Notes: generated from the sequence alone by a model not told the origin. A DNA stretch of 64,000 nucleotides from Oscillospiraceae bacterium (GCA_031547945.1 JAVBRN010000002.1:15736-79735), one strand, 5' to 3'; shown: positions 20,159 to 29,573, counted from the first letter of the stretch. Translations and numbers: made by a program.

Positions 20159-20187
20159 ACAGTATCATACAATATGTGGTTTGTCAA
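20159..20187 (-). promoter_or_regulatory. putative promoter of the leuA T-box leader
   Basis: Minus strand: TTGACA (20187-20182), 17-nt spacer, TACTGT (20164-20159). The -10 is weak. Confidence 0.4.
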
Positions 20188-20440
20188 GCAATTGCCACTT
20201 CGCTTGGCAATAGACAGTCTAAGGGAAACCAAAAGAAGAACACGGCTGGCCACAACGCATGGTTCTCTTATATCGGGAGCAACAACCATTGCAAAAGACG
20301 AAATCGCGCTGCGCCGAAAACGCATACATCGCTGCGCGGCTGTTCTCGATGTCACAGTCGTTTGCAAAAAGGAAAATGCTGCGAGATGAAACAAAGCGGC
20401 ATCATACTGAAACACAGGATCACAAAGAGTGACCAGTCGA

Positions 20441-20743
20441 CAGCGTGCAAAAAACATTTTATAAAAACGCGAGAGCGTCAAACTGCACAAGGCGTTCCGT
20501 TCGTCGACCTTTGTAATCCCGCCCCGGTTACCCGATTGACGCGGCGCTTCGCGCCCCGCCCCGGAGCGGAAATGACAGGTCAACGAGCGGGAACCAGCGT
20601 ATCAGCAATTTTCCGCACCGGCCGACTTTCTATTTTCTTCCAAGGGGGTTTGGGACGAAGCCCCAAGTGATTGGGCAGCTGTGTGCTAGGCAGTCGGCTA
20701 TTTTTGTGCGCTGCTTTCGCGGCCAGGGTTCTTTGACAGCCTG
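20441..20743 (+). repeat. full copy of the palindromic intergenic element (copy R2, MITE-like)
   Basis: Contains all shared blocks: GCGTGCAAAAAAC..., GCGTTCCGTTCGTCGACC, ATCCCGCCCCGG, TTGACGCGG..CTTCGCGCCCC, GGTCAACGAGCGGGAACCAGCGTA, TTTGGGACGAAGCCCCAAGTGATTGGGC, CGGCTATTTTTG and GGTTCTTTGACAGCCTG. Confidence 0.75.
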
Positions 20744-20910
20744 CAAGCAAATGCTTTTTTTGCAAAACACAAAACCTTGCGCAAGCAGCCCCATTTTCTC
20801 GCAGGGACAACTTGCGGGGAAAATTCGCACGCCCCGTCCGGCAATTGCAGCGTGGGAACGGACGGGGAGCTGCCCGATATGAATCGGAGTATCGCTAAAG
20901 GGGGGGCGTA

Positions 20911-21972
20911 TCAGCGCGTATATGCCGGAGCATCGAGCGGCATCGGGGTTGGATTTTGCAGCACCCAACGCACCGCAAGTTCGCACAGCCGCGCAGGTTC
21001 TTCGTCCCCGCTGCCGTCGCGCAGCGTATGGGTTAGGCGCGCAATCTCTTCCAAAGCTGCCGCATCCAGCGGCTTGCCTGTTGCGAGATAGCCGGGCAGG
21101 GCGGCGAGCATGGTTTTATAGTCCGCATCCCAGTTGCAGCCGCCGTTGTCTAAAAGTTCATGCGAGAGTTTGCCGGTTATGCGGATGACTTCGCCCTGCA
21201 CGGTTGCGGCGTGCCCGCTCGACGGGACAAGCAAGTCCCAAAGCTCGCCGTGCTGTGTCTGCCAGCGGTCGGTTTTTACCGTGATCGGCGCGCGGTCGTC
21301 GTGCATCGCCCGGCGCGGCACCGGTGGCACACCAAACAGCGCGTATACATGCGACAGGCCGGCGTCTGTGGCGTCCACATAGTCCGGATTATAACCGGCG
21401 CGGTGAAATTCAAATTCTGTGCCGACGCGTGTGACCGACTGCCGCATATCCGGCGTTATGGTATCGCCGGCCGCGAGCAGAAGGTCGGCCACTTCGGCCA
21501 TAGGTTTCAAATCGGCTGGCCGGCAATTAGCCAGGGCAAGCCCCAGCGGTGTGACGCCGCGGTTGTTCTTTGCGTGGACATTGGCGCCGTGGGCCAACAA
21601 CACCCGAACGGCCTCCGGTTTATAGGACGCCGCGGCCGCGTGCAACGGCGTGCTGCCATCATGGTCGACGGCTTCGATGTCCGCGCCCAGTTCCAAAAAC
21701 AGCGCCGCGTTTCCACACCAGCTGCGGGCATGCGCGTGCAGCGGCGTTTTGCCATAGTGATCCGCGGCGTTGATGTCGGCGCCCTGCGCCACAAGCCAGC
21801 GCACAAGTTCATCGGGTATCTGATGAAAACTGAGTGCTGTTGCCTTGCTGTAGCCGCCGCGCGCGTTAAGATCGCAAGTTTCAAAGACGGCTTTTAGCGC
21901 GGCGAGATCGCCAGCTTTGATCAGCGCGTCAAAGTTTTTCGGCAGGGTGATTCGCTGGTTCCCCATATGCAT
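20911..21972 (-). CDS. ankyrin-repeat protein with an uncharacterised C-terminal domain
   Basis: 353 aa. About four ANK repeats (GADINAADHYGKTPLHAHA; GADIEAVDHDGSTPLHAAA; GANVHAKNNRGVTPLGLA). I do not recognise the C-terminal ~170 aa. Confidence 0.8.
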   Translation of the reverse strand: MHMGNQRITLPKNFDALIKAGDLAALKAVFETCDLNARGGYSKATALSFHQIPDELVRWLVAQGADINAADHYGKTPLHAHARSWCGNAALFLELGADIEAVDHDGSTPLHAAAASYKPEAVRVLLAHGANVHAKNNRGVTPLGLALANCRPADLKPMAEVADLLLAAGDTITPDMRQSVTRVGTEFEFHRAGYNPDYVDATDAGLSHVYALFGVPPVPRRAMHDDRAPITVKTDRWQTQHGELWDLLVPSSGHAATVQGEVIRITGKLSHELLDNGGCNWDADYKTMLAALPGYLATGKPLDAAALEEIARLTHTLRDGSGDEEPARLCELAVRWVLQNPTPMPLDAPAYTR

Positions 21973-22001
21973 ACACTCCTATGGAAGCTGTATTGGCCAC
22001 A

Positions 22002-22586
22002 TTATTTTTTGTCTTGCAGACCCTTGCCCGCCAAGATCTGCTGGATACATTTTTGAATGCGCGCCTCCCGGGTTTTTGCCTGTTTGGGTTCTGCAAAATA
22101 ATAGAGATAGGCGCGCTGCCGACCCGGCGTTAACGCTTCGAACGCAGTTTTGAACGCAGGTTGTTCCGCCAAAATCGCCTGCAGTTCTTCCGGAACGGCG
22201 ATGTCAGAAGGCTCTTTTTGCGGCACCTCCAAACCGGCCTGTTCGATGGCGACCGCTGCTGCAATATACGCTTTTATCGTGGGCGCAAGCGCGGCAATGT
22301 CCGACTCGCCGGCAAACCGCAGCTGCCGCGCTGCCTGCACATTTTCAGTCTGCTGAATCAAAATCCCTTTGGGATCTTTTAGCAACGCGCCTTTTACAAA
22401 CAAAATCGCACAATAATCTTTAAAGTCCTGCAGAATCAGGACATTCTTGTCCATGACGGTATAACAGGGCTTTCCCCACTTTAAAGTTTCGGTTAGGCCG
22501 CATGTGCGTACAATCGCGCGCAGGCGCTCCAATTCCGCACGCCATTTTTTTACCGAACCAAAATAATCCTCTGCTGTGATCATCAC
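22002..22586 (-). CDS. DUF1801 / YdeI (OmpD-associated) family protein
   Basis: 194 aa. The C-terminal block FEALTPGRQRAYLYYFAEPKQAKTREARIQKCI is typical of the YdeI family. Confidence 0.7.
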   Translation of the reverse strand: MMITAEDYFGSVKKWRAELERLRAIVRTCGLTETLKWGKPCYTVMDKNVLILQDFKDYCAILFVKGALLKDPKGILIQQTENVQAARQLRFAGESDIAALAPTIKAYIAAAVAIEQAGLEVPQKEPSDIAVPEELQAILAEQPAFKTAFEALTPGRQRAYLYYFAEPKQAKTREARIQKCIQQILAGKGLQDKK

Positions 22587-22628
22587 GGGCGGCTCCTTTT
22601 TGTGTTTACATCGTGACGGTATAGATCG

Positions 22629-23645
22629 CTATTGATCTAGTGGAAGAGTCGAAAATATAGATCTATACGCGCCGTAGCCCTGCTTGTCCATCTCATCGTA
22701 CGGAATAAACCGCAGCGCGGCACTGTTGATACAATAACGCAGGCCGCCGCGGTCTTCGGGCCCGTCCGGAAAGACATGGCCCAGATGCGCGTTACTATTG
22801 CTGCCGCGCACTTCGGTTCGCCGCATGCCATAGCTCAAATCTTCGCGGCCAACGACAGCGGCCGGATCGATGGGTTTGGTAAAGCTGGGCCAGCCGCAGC
22901 CAGAATCGTATTTATCAACTGATAAAAAGAGTGGGTTGCCGCTGATGATATCGACATAAATCCCTTTGTCAAACACATCCCAATAGGCCCCGGTAAAGGG
23001 TGCTTCGGTGTCGCCGAGCTGGGTGACGCGATACTGTTCGGGTGTCAAACGACCGTGCAGTTCCTCGGTATTTGGCACCGGGGTTGTATGTTCGGACACT
23101 GCGAGATGTTGCAGTCCGGAAAAATCCACATGGCAATATCCGCCGGGATTTTTCTCCAGATAGTTTTGATGATACGCTTCCGCGGGATAAAAGCAAACAA
23201 GCGGCAGCAACTCGGTGACAACGGGATCGTCATGATACAGCTGCGCCGTAGCGAGCGCCGCTTCCAGAACGGATTTGTCTGCGTCGTCCACATAATAAAT
23301 ACCGGTGCGATACTGCGTGCCGACATCATTGCCTTGTCGATTGTATATGGTTGGATCAATAATCGTAAAAAACTGCTCGGTCAGGGAAGAAAGGCTGCAC
23401 TTTGTTGGGTCATATACAACGCGCACCGTTTCCGTGTGTCCGGTTGTTCCGGTGCACACTTGCTGGTAAGTTGGATTGGAAACGGTACCGTTTGCATAAC
23501 CGACCTCGGTTTCATACACGCCGGGAATCCGTGCCAAATAGGCTTGGACGCCCCAAAAACAACCGCCCGCAAAATAGACGGTTTTCAAGCTGTCGATTTG
23601 AAAGGTCAGCAACTTGTTTGGGTTTTCCGGCATAACATTGTTCAT
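22629..23645 (-). CDS. msrAB: bifunctional peptide-methionine sulfoxide reductase MsrA/MsrB
   Basis: 338 aa. MsrA motif [10 protein letters not shown] in the N-terminal half. MsrB motifs CGWPSF and RYCINS in the C-terminal half. Confidence 0.95.
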   Translation of the reverse strand: MNNVMPENPNKLLTFQIDSLKTVYFAGGCFWGVQAYLARIPGVYETEVGYANGTVSNPTYQQVCTGTTGHTETVRVVYDPTKCSLSSLTEQFFTIIDPTIYNRQGNDVGTQYRTGIYYVDDADKSVLEAALATAQLYHDDPVVTELLPLVCFYPAEAYHQNYLEKNPGGYCHVDFSGLQHLAVSEHTTPVPNTEELHGRLTPEQYRVTQLGDTEAPFTGAYWDVFDKGIYVDIISGNPLFLSVDKYDSGCGWPSFTKPIDPAAVVGREDLSYGMRRTEVRGSNSNAHLGHVFPDGPEDRGGLRYCINSAALRFIPYDEMDKQGYGAYRSIFSTLPLDQ

Positions 23646-23982
23646 AAAATCATCTTCTTCCTATAATAGTATAGCAAAATATTAAAAGGAATCAGGATTT
23701 TCTTAAAAATCCGAGAAAAAACACGGCGCACGTTATGCTTCTTGGCAATGCTTACTGGTTGCTTCGCAGAATTGGGCTCGCGGCAAAGACTGCAGATGTG
23801 ATAGATCGGCAAACAACAAAATAACGATAAAGCTGGAACCGGTCTGTTTTATTTTTATGATATAGGAACGCCAAACAAAATTCAAATATGAAACGTATAT
23901 TTATTTCTATAAGTAGGCCTCGCGTTCCGCATTGACTTGACGGCTGTTTTTTGATACGATCGCACTAGAAAAACAAAAGGTT

Positions 23983-24660
23983 GTGATGAAAATGGAACCA
24001 TGGCTTATTATAGTCATTGTGATCTGTGTTGTGGCGATGATATGGCTTGCGAGCAGGCGTAAACCGGAAGAAGCTTACGAGGACGAAGCGGAGCTGTTTG
24101 AGACAGAGGAGGCCCCGCTTGAAGAGTACCGCGCGATGGTCGTTGAGATGCGCATTGAACCGAAAACTCGCACAAGTTACCAGGACAAAAGCGAGTTGAT
24201 GGCATTTCTGGTCGACTTTTTGCTCGAGGGCGAAAACGGGTTTCCCAAAACAGATGCATTGGACGCCGAACCCGACGAAGAAGACGATGCCGCAGCCGCG
24301 CTTTACGATGCGGAAGAGGACGACGAATGTGAGCGCCTTACCCTGGAAGTCCCGGCCGAAGTGTTTGAAGGTATTTCGCTGCACGAAGTAAACACGCTCG
24401 TACTGCAGGGCGACAGGTTTATCGATTTTGGCGACCGCTGTGTGGAACTGGTTGCTGGCAGCGAGGCGCAGGCAAAACGCAAAGCAAATGCGAAAAACGC
24501 GGATATGTTGGAAAAGGCGGGCGTCAAGCCGAGCACGCCCGCAAAAAAGAAGACATCGGCAACAAAAAGTGGCAAGCGGCAAGCTTCAACTACAAAAGCT
24601 TCCAACGCAAATACAAATCCAAACAAAATGCCGTCCGGCGGCACAAAGAAGAAATCTTAG
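23983..24660 (+). CDS. hypothetical membrane-anchored protein (acidic core, Lys-rich tail)
   Basis: 225 aa. N-terminal TM segment WLIIVIVICVVAMIWLA and low-complexity acidic and basic segments; no family recognised. The antisense ORF 23965..24582 is judged to be a shadow ORF. Confidence 0.55.
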   Translation: MMKMEPWLIIVIVICVVAMIWLASRRKPEEAYEDEAELFETEEAPLEEYRAMVVEMRIEPKTRTSYQDKSELMAFLVDFLLEGENGFPKTDALDAEPDEEDDAAAALYDAEEDDECERLTLEVPAEVFEGISLHEVNTLVLQGDRFIDFGDRCVELVAGSEAQAKRKANAKNADMLEKAGVKPSTPAKKKTSATKSGKRQASTTKASNANTNPNKMPSGGTKKKS

Positions 24661-24684
24661 AATGAACCCCGCAGAGTCTGCGGG

Positions 24685-24973
24685 CCGCGTGTCAAAAAAG
24701 TTCCCGATGCGAATCGTCAAACGGAACAACGCTTGTCGTCTGTCGACCGATGCCATCCCGTCCCAGCACCCGCTTGACGCAGGGCTTCGCCCCACACGCG
24801 GAGATGAGACAGGTCGACGAACGAAACCCAGCGTAGTATCGGCGTTCTGCATCCGGCGGCCTTTTATTTCCGTCAACGGTGTTTGGGGCGAAGCCCCAAT
24901 GTATTGGGCGGCAGGGGCGGATATTTTTTAGGCGACGGCTATTTTTTCGCCGACCGGGTTCTTTAACAGCCTG
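24685..24973 (+). repeat. full copy of the palindromic intergenic element (copy R3, reference copy)
   Basis: Same blocks as R2. The left-arm hairpin GGGCTTCGCCCC (24782-24793) and right-arm hairpin TTGGGGCGAAGCCCCAA (24883-24899) are reverse complements of each other. The copy is flanked on both sides by CCCCGCAG...CTGCGGG hairpins (24667-24684 and 24975-24994). Confidence 0.8.
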
Positions 24974-25051
24974 ACCCCGCAGTATTCTGCGGGGCTTGTG
25001 TTATACCGAAACGCGCACTGTGGCAAAGCGAGCGAAAAAGGGGAAAGAGAT

Positions 25052-25489
25052 GTGAAAGTGATTGTCGAGCAGTCGCTGGACTGCAAAGAGGCAGAGGTGA
25101 AAATTACCTGCGGCCTGCCGGATCATCGTCTGAAGCGTTTGATTGACTACGTGCGGCAGTATGCGTTTTCCATTACCGCAATAAAAGACAAGCAGGCAAT
25201 TTCTGTGGCGCTGGAGGATGTTTATTACTTTGACAGTGTCGACAACAAAACGTTTCTGTATGTAAAAAGAGATGTATATCAATGCGACCAGAAGCTGTAT
25301 CAACTCGAAGCGCTGCTGCGCGATACGCCGTTTGTGCGCATCAGCAAAAACTGCATTCTCAACACGGCAGTTGTCGTGCGTGTGCGGGCGTTGCTCAGCG
25401 GACAGATGGAAGTGAGCTTGAACAACGGGGAAAAGAATGTGGTATCCAGACGTTATTTACAACTGTTTCGCGAAAAATTTGATGTGTGA
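25052..25489 (+). CDS. LytTR-family DNA-binding protein
   Basis: ORF 24998..25489. The LytTR pattern YYFDSVDNKTFLY...FVRISKNCILN...NGEKNVVSRRY is present. GTG start at 25052 after AAAGGGGAAAGAG. Confidence 0.8.
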   Translation: MKVIVEQSLDCKEAEVKITCGLPDHRLKRLIDYVRQYAFSITAIKDKQAISVALEDVYYFDSVDNKTFLYVKRDVYQCDQKLYQLEALLRDTPFVRISKNCILNTAVVVRVRALLSGQMEVSLNNGEKNVVSRRYLQLFREKFDV

Positions 25490-25498
25490 GGTGAGAAC

Positions 25499-25945
25499 AT
25501 GAAACGGTTAAAGCCCATAGTTATTATCACCTGCGTCAGTTTTACAGTGGAACTCTTGCTGTATGTTGCAATTGCGCTGTTGGTTTTCAAAGCAGAATTA
25601 ACAGGATTGGCGGTGTATGCGCTCTTCGCAATGTCGCTGGGAATCGCTTTGCTTCTCAGCGTTGTGGACTGGCTGGGAGAACATGTTGAACTTTCTTTGT
25701 TTGTGGATAATCTGTTGCGCATTGCTGTTTGCTATGTGGTCGTGTTGGGGATTGGCTTTGCTGTTGGGATGTTCGCGTTTTCCTGGATGGCGCTGGTATA
25801 TGTCAGCCCCATTTTGCTGCCGGTTTACGTGGTGACCTATCTGGTTTCCTATTTTACGATTAAAGAATATACAAACAGTATCAATGCCGCGCTAGTACAC
25901 AGGCGCTCTGCAGCGCAAACAGAAGATTCTGTCGAAAATAAATAG
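25499..25945 (+). CDS. DUF3021-like small membrane protein (usual LytTR partner)
   Basis: 148 aa with 4 predicted TM segments, lying 9 nt after the LytTR gene. The family call rests on this context and topology and is an inference. Confidence 0.6.
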   Translation: MKRLKPIVIITCVSFTVELLLYVAIALLVFKAELTGLAVYALFAMSLGIALLLSVVDWLGEHVELSLFVDNLLRIAVCYVVVLGIGFAVGMFAFSWMALVYVSPILLPVYVVTYLVSYFTIKEYTNSINAALVHRRSAAQTEDSVENK

Positions 25946-26195
25946 AGAAAAAAACGCGATACAAAGACGACCGGCGATATGTTACCCGCATGCGCTGCCC
26001 GAATGGATATGGGACTGCGTCCAAACCGCTATACTGGAACATGAAAGGGCGCGGTTGTCCGACAAACGAGCGCTTCTATTCGCCGCCCTTTTACGTCGTT
26101 TTGGGTATGGAGTAAAGCTGTATAAAGAATCCGGACGGGTGGCGCGGGTTATAGAGAGCGTCGAACGTGTTCTTTACACAGAATGATCGGATCAA

Positions 26196-26487
26196 GACTT
26201 TTTTGACAGCCGAAACCGCAGGAGGCAAAAGCGCACAAAAATATCCGACGGCTTAAACTACCCACTCCTTGCCGCCCGGTCAACTGGGGCTTCGCCCCAA
26301 ACCCCATTGCGGAAAAAGGCCGTCGGATGCGGGGAGTGCCGATTCTACGCTGTTCCGCCAGATGATCTGCATTTCATTTCCGGGGTGTGGGGCGAAGGCC
26401 CACGTCAATCAAATGGATGGGGCGGGATGGCATGCGTTGACGAACGAAATTCCTTATGCATTTTGACGTTCTCGGGTTTTATATGAG
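26196..26487 (-). repeat. full copy of the palindromic intergenic element (copy R4, inverted relative to R3)
   Basis: GCGCACAAAAATATCCGACGGC..CCTTGCCGCCCGGTCAACTGGGGCTTCGCCCCAAACCCC..GGCCGTCGGATGCGG..CTACGCTG..GGGGTGTGGGGCGAAGGCCCACGTCAA..GGGGCGGGATGGCA..GTTGACGAACGAA..TTTTGACG. This is the reverse complement of the R2/R3 block order. Confidence 0.75.
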
Positions 26488-26499
26488 GATTGACATATT

Positions 26500-26530
26500 G
26501 AAACAGCCGACGGCATTGCCGTCGGCTGTT
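26500..26530. terminator. bidirectional intrinsic terminator
   Basis: AAACAGCCGACGGC att GCCGTCGGCTGTTT: a perfect 14-bp stem with A and T runs at its ends. Confidence 0.7.
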
Positions 26531-26652
26531 TGCCGCTTACCCGCACTTTTTTGCATCTTGAACTGAGAAACCTGCCGCTTACCGCAAAAAGTGTTGTGGT
26601 TCTCCCTTGGTCTGCTAAGATACGCATATCAGCAACAAAGGAGTGCAGAAAT

Positions 26653-27567
26653 GTGGAACACCTGATTGAAGTACAGGGCTTAAAAAAACGATATCAGTCA
26701 TTCGAAGCAGTCAAAGGCATTGACTTTTATGTGGAGGAAGGCAAGCTGTTTGCGTTTTTAGGACCGAACGGCGCCGGAAAATCCACAACGATCGATATTC
26801 TATGTACGTTGATTCGTTTCAACAGCGGCAACGTGACCATCAATGGGCATCAGCTTGGTAAAGAGGATACGGCAATCCGCAATGAAATCGGCGTGGTCTT
26901 TCAGGACAACGTGCTCGATCCGCTGTTGACCGTGCGGGAAAACCTGATGACACGCGCACGCTTCTACGAGCCGAACAAACAAAAGCGCAAACAGGCAGTG
27001 CAAACTGCGGCGGCAACGGCTGACGTCCTGGAATTTATCGATCGCCCCTATGGGAAACTGTCCGGCGGGCAGCGGCGCCGCGCGGATATTGCGCGGGCAC
27101 TCGTCCATACGCCCAAAATCCTGTTCTTGGATGAACCGACAACGGGGTTGGATCCAAAAACGAAGGAAACCCTTTGGCAAACCGTATATCAAATCCAGAA
27201 GAACACCGGAATGACTGTATTTTTGACCACGCACTATATGGAAGAAGCCGCACAGGCGGACTACATTATCATTTTGAATCACGGCGAAATTGTAGCGAAG
27301 GGAACGCCGTACAGCTTAAAATCCAAGTACACGTCAGATATCTTACGGATCAAGACCGCACAGCCAACAGCGGCAACCGAAATTTTGAAACAGTGGCAAA
27401 TCAGGTGTCGTACAGAGCAGGGGCTGCTTGTAGCAGAACTGCCCAACACAGCCGCCGCCATTCCGATTTTGGAACAGCTCAAACCGCTTGTCGAGAGCTT
27501 TGAAGTGGTGCACGGCACCATGAACGATGTCTTTCTGCATGTAACGGGAGGAGAATATTGTGTTTAA
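26653..27567 (+). CDS. ABC transporter ATP-binding protein (ABC-2 / DrrA-like exporter)
   Basis: ORF 26530..27567. Walker A GPNGAGKST, signature LSGGQRRRADIARAL, Walker B ILFLDEPTTGLD. GTG start at 26653 with AAGGAG 8 nt upstream. Confidence 0.92.
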   Translation: MEHLIEVQGLKKRYQSFEAVKGIDFYVEEGKLFAFLGPNGAGKSTTIDILCTLIRFNSGNVTINGHQLGKEDTAIRNEIGVVFQDNVLDPLLTVRENLMTRARFYEPNKQKRKQAVQTAAATADVLEFIDRPYGKLSGGQRRRADIARALVHTPKILFLDEPTTGLDPKTKETLWQTVYQIQKNTGMTVFLTTHYMEEAAQADYIIILNHGEIVAKGTPYSLKSKYTSDILRIKTAQPTAATEILKQWQIRCRTEQGLLVAELPNTAAAIPILEQLKPLVESFEVVHGTMNDVFLHVTGGEYCV

Positions 27568-28414
27568 CTTGGCAAGAAGAAACATTCGCATTTATTTCCG
27601 GCAGAAATCGGCCGTATTTATGTCCTTGTTGGGCGTTTTGATCATTATAGGGATCTACGCAGTATTTTTGGGCAATGTTTGGACCGGTAATTTTCCAGAT
27701 CTGCAGGCGGTGGAACAACTGCTCGACAGTTGGATTGTCGCCGGGATTGTGTCGGTCGCGTCAATTACCACAGCCATGGGTGCCGCGGGCATTATGGTGG
27801 AGGACCACAGTCAAAAAATCACAAAGGATTTCTATGCAGCGCCACTTAAGCGGTACCAGATCGTCGGCGGCTATGTGCTGGCCATCTTTGTCATTGGCTC
27901 GATTATGAGCCTGCTCTCGCTTATTGCGGGGGAAATCTTCATTCTTGTACGCGGCGGTTCGTTGATTCCTTTTTTAGATTTAGTGAAGATGCTTGGTATT
28001 CTGTCTGCCTCTGTGCTATCCTCCAGCGCCCTTGTGTTTTTTATCATCAGCTTTATCAAAAACATGGCCGCATTTTCCACCGCAAGCACGTTGATCGGCA
28101 CGCTGGTCGGGTTTCTCACCGGTATTTATCTGCCGATCGGCTCGCTGCCCGAAACGGTACAGTGGATTGTCAAATTGTTTCCGGTCTCACATGCCGCCGC
28201 GCTGCTCCGGCAGGTTCTGATGACACAGACGATCGCAACCAGTTTTGACGGGTTGCCGGAACAGGCATTGACCGAATTTAAAACGGCGGTCGGTGTGACT
28301 TTTTCCTACGGCGATGCCACGGCAACACCAATTGTACATCTGCTGGTATTGGCCGGCACGGCGATTCTGTTCTTTGGGCTCGCTATGCTCAACATTCGCA
28401 AAAAAGAAAAATAG
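27560..28414 (+). CDS. ABC-2 type transporter permease
   Basis: 284 aa with about 6 TM segments. The GTG start overlaps the ATPase stop, and GGGAGGAG lies upstream. Confidence 0.85.
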   Translation: MFNLARRNIRIYFRQKSAVFMSLLGVLIIIGIYAVFLGNVWTGNFPDLQAVEQLLDSWIVAGIVSVASITTAMGAAGIMVEDHSQKITKDFYAAPLKRYQIVGGYVLAIFVIGSIMSLLSLIAGEIFILVRGGSLIPFLDLVKMLGILSASVLSSSALVFFIISFIKNMAAFSTASTLIGTLVGFLTGIYLPIGSLPETVQWIVKLFPVSHAAALLRQVLMTQTIATSFDGLPEQALTEFKTAVGVTFSYGDATATPIVHLLVLAGTAILFFGLAMLNIRKKEK

Positions 28415-28440
28415 ACAACTGGAACGTAAGTACGAAAGTA

Positions 28441-28468
28441 AAAATCCCGCCATGAGGCGGGATGTTTA
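28441..28468. terminator. terminator between convergent genes
   Basis: AAAATCCCGCC atga GGCGGGAT GTTT. The T-run is better on the minus strand, where it would serve the aldo-keto reductase gene. Confidence 0.7.
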
Positions 28469-28518
28469 CCATGTCAAAGAAGTAGTTTCTGCACGTCTGA
28501 CAACGGCATTTGAAATTG

Positions 28519-29442
28519 CTACGGGAGCATATTCCCCGCCGCCATGTATACCTCGTACCACTCTTCGCGCGTTAGCGTGATCTCCGTGGCACGAACGCAG
28601 TCGAGCAATCGCGCTTCTTTTGTGGTGCCCACAACCGGCTGCATATTGGCGGGGTGCCGCAAAATCCAGGCGATGGCGATTGTGATGTCAGAGACGTTGT
28701 AGCGCGCGGCAATTTCGTCGATTTTCGCATTGAGCACTGGAAACGCCTCGCGGTCGAGCACCAGCTTGTGCGGTCGCAGCCCGCCTTGGAAGGGCGACCA
28801 CGGCTGAATCGTGATGTCGTTCAAACGGCAAAAGGACAGAATGCCGTCGTCTCGCATCAGCGCGGCGTCCTCGGCGCGGTTAACCATCAGTTCGGCGGAA
28901 ATCATGGATGCGTGTCCGATGCCAAACTGTACTTGGTTGGCAACAAGCGGTTGTTTTACATATTTTTGCAAAAACTGGATCTGGATCGGGTTAAAATTGG
29001 AGACACCGAACTGCCGCACTTTGCCGCTGGCGTGCAGCTGATCGAATACCTCGGCGACCACTTCGGGTTCCATGAGCGTGTCGGGACGATGCAGCAGCAG
29101 GACGTCCAGGTATTCTGTGCGCAGGCGCTGCAAAATGCCGTCCACGCCGCGCAGCAGATGCGCCTTGGAAAAATCGTAGGCAACACCCTTGCGAATGCCG
29201 CATTTGGATTGCAGGAAAATCGATTCGCGCACCGACGGCGACATACCAATGGCGTCGGCAAACAGCGATTCACACGCGCCGTCTCCATAAATGTCGGCGT
29301 GATCAAAAAAATTTGCGCCCGCCGCAAGCGCTGTCTGCAAAAATTTTGTGGCCGCGGGTTTGTCCAGCTCAATCATGCGCATACAACCTACGGCAACCGC
29401 CGGAACCTGCAGGCCGGATGTGCCAAGAGAAATGGTTTTCAT
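28519..29442 (-). CDS. aldo/keto reductase family oxidoreductase
   Basis: 307 aa. AKR-like blocks GTSGLQVPAVAVGCM, FFDHADIYG, LLLHRPD and FGVSNF. Confidence 0.88.
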   Translation of the reverse strand: MKTISLGTSGLQVPAVAVGCMRMIELDKPAATKFLQTALAAGANFFDHADIYGDGACESLFADAIGMSPSVRESIFLQSKCGIRKGVAYDFSKAHLLRGVDGILQRLRTEYLDVLLLHRPDTLMEPEVVAEVFDQLHASGKVRQFGVSNFNPIQIQFLQKYVKQPLVANQVQFGIGHASMISAELMVNRAEDAALMRDDGILSFCRLNDITIQPWSPFQGGLRPHKLVLDREAFPVLNAKIDEIAARYNVSDITIAIAWILRHPANMQPVVGTTKEARLLDCVRATEITLTREEWYEVYMAAGNMLP

Positions 29443-29573
29443 ATTGCGCCTCCGTTGTATAATGTCAGTAGCTTGATTTCATTGTAGCGGACTGCATGGC
29501 AGAAGAAAAGAAGAATTTCAAAAAGCTGCGGCGCATGATTGCGCGGGGAGCAGAGACACTATAAGCGAAAGGA

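Noticed and set aside
20174-20986. Several 70-165-aa ORFs between the leuA leader and the ankyrin gene
   Set aside because: All overlap repeat copy R2 or its flanks in mutually exclusive frames. None has an RBS or a family signature.
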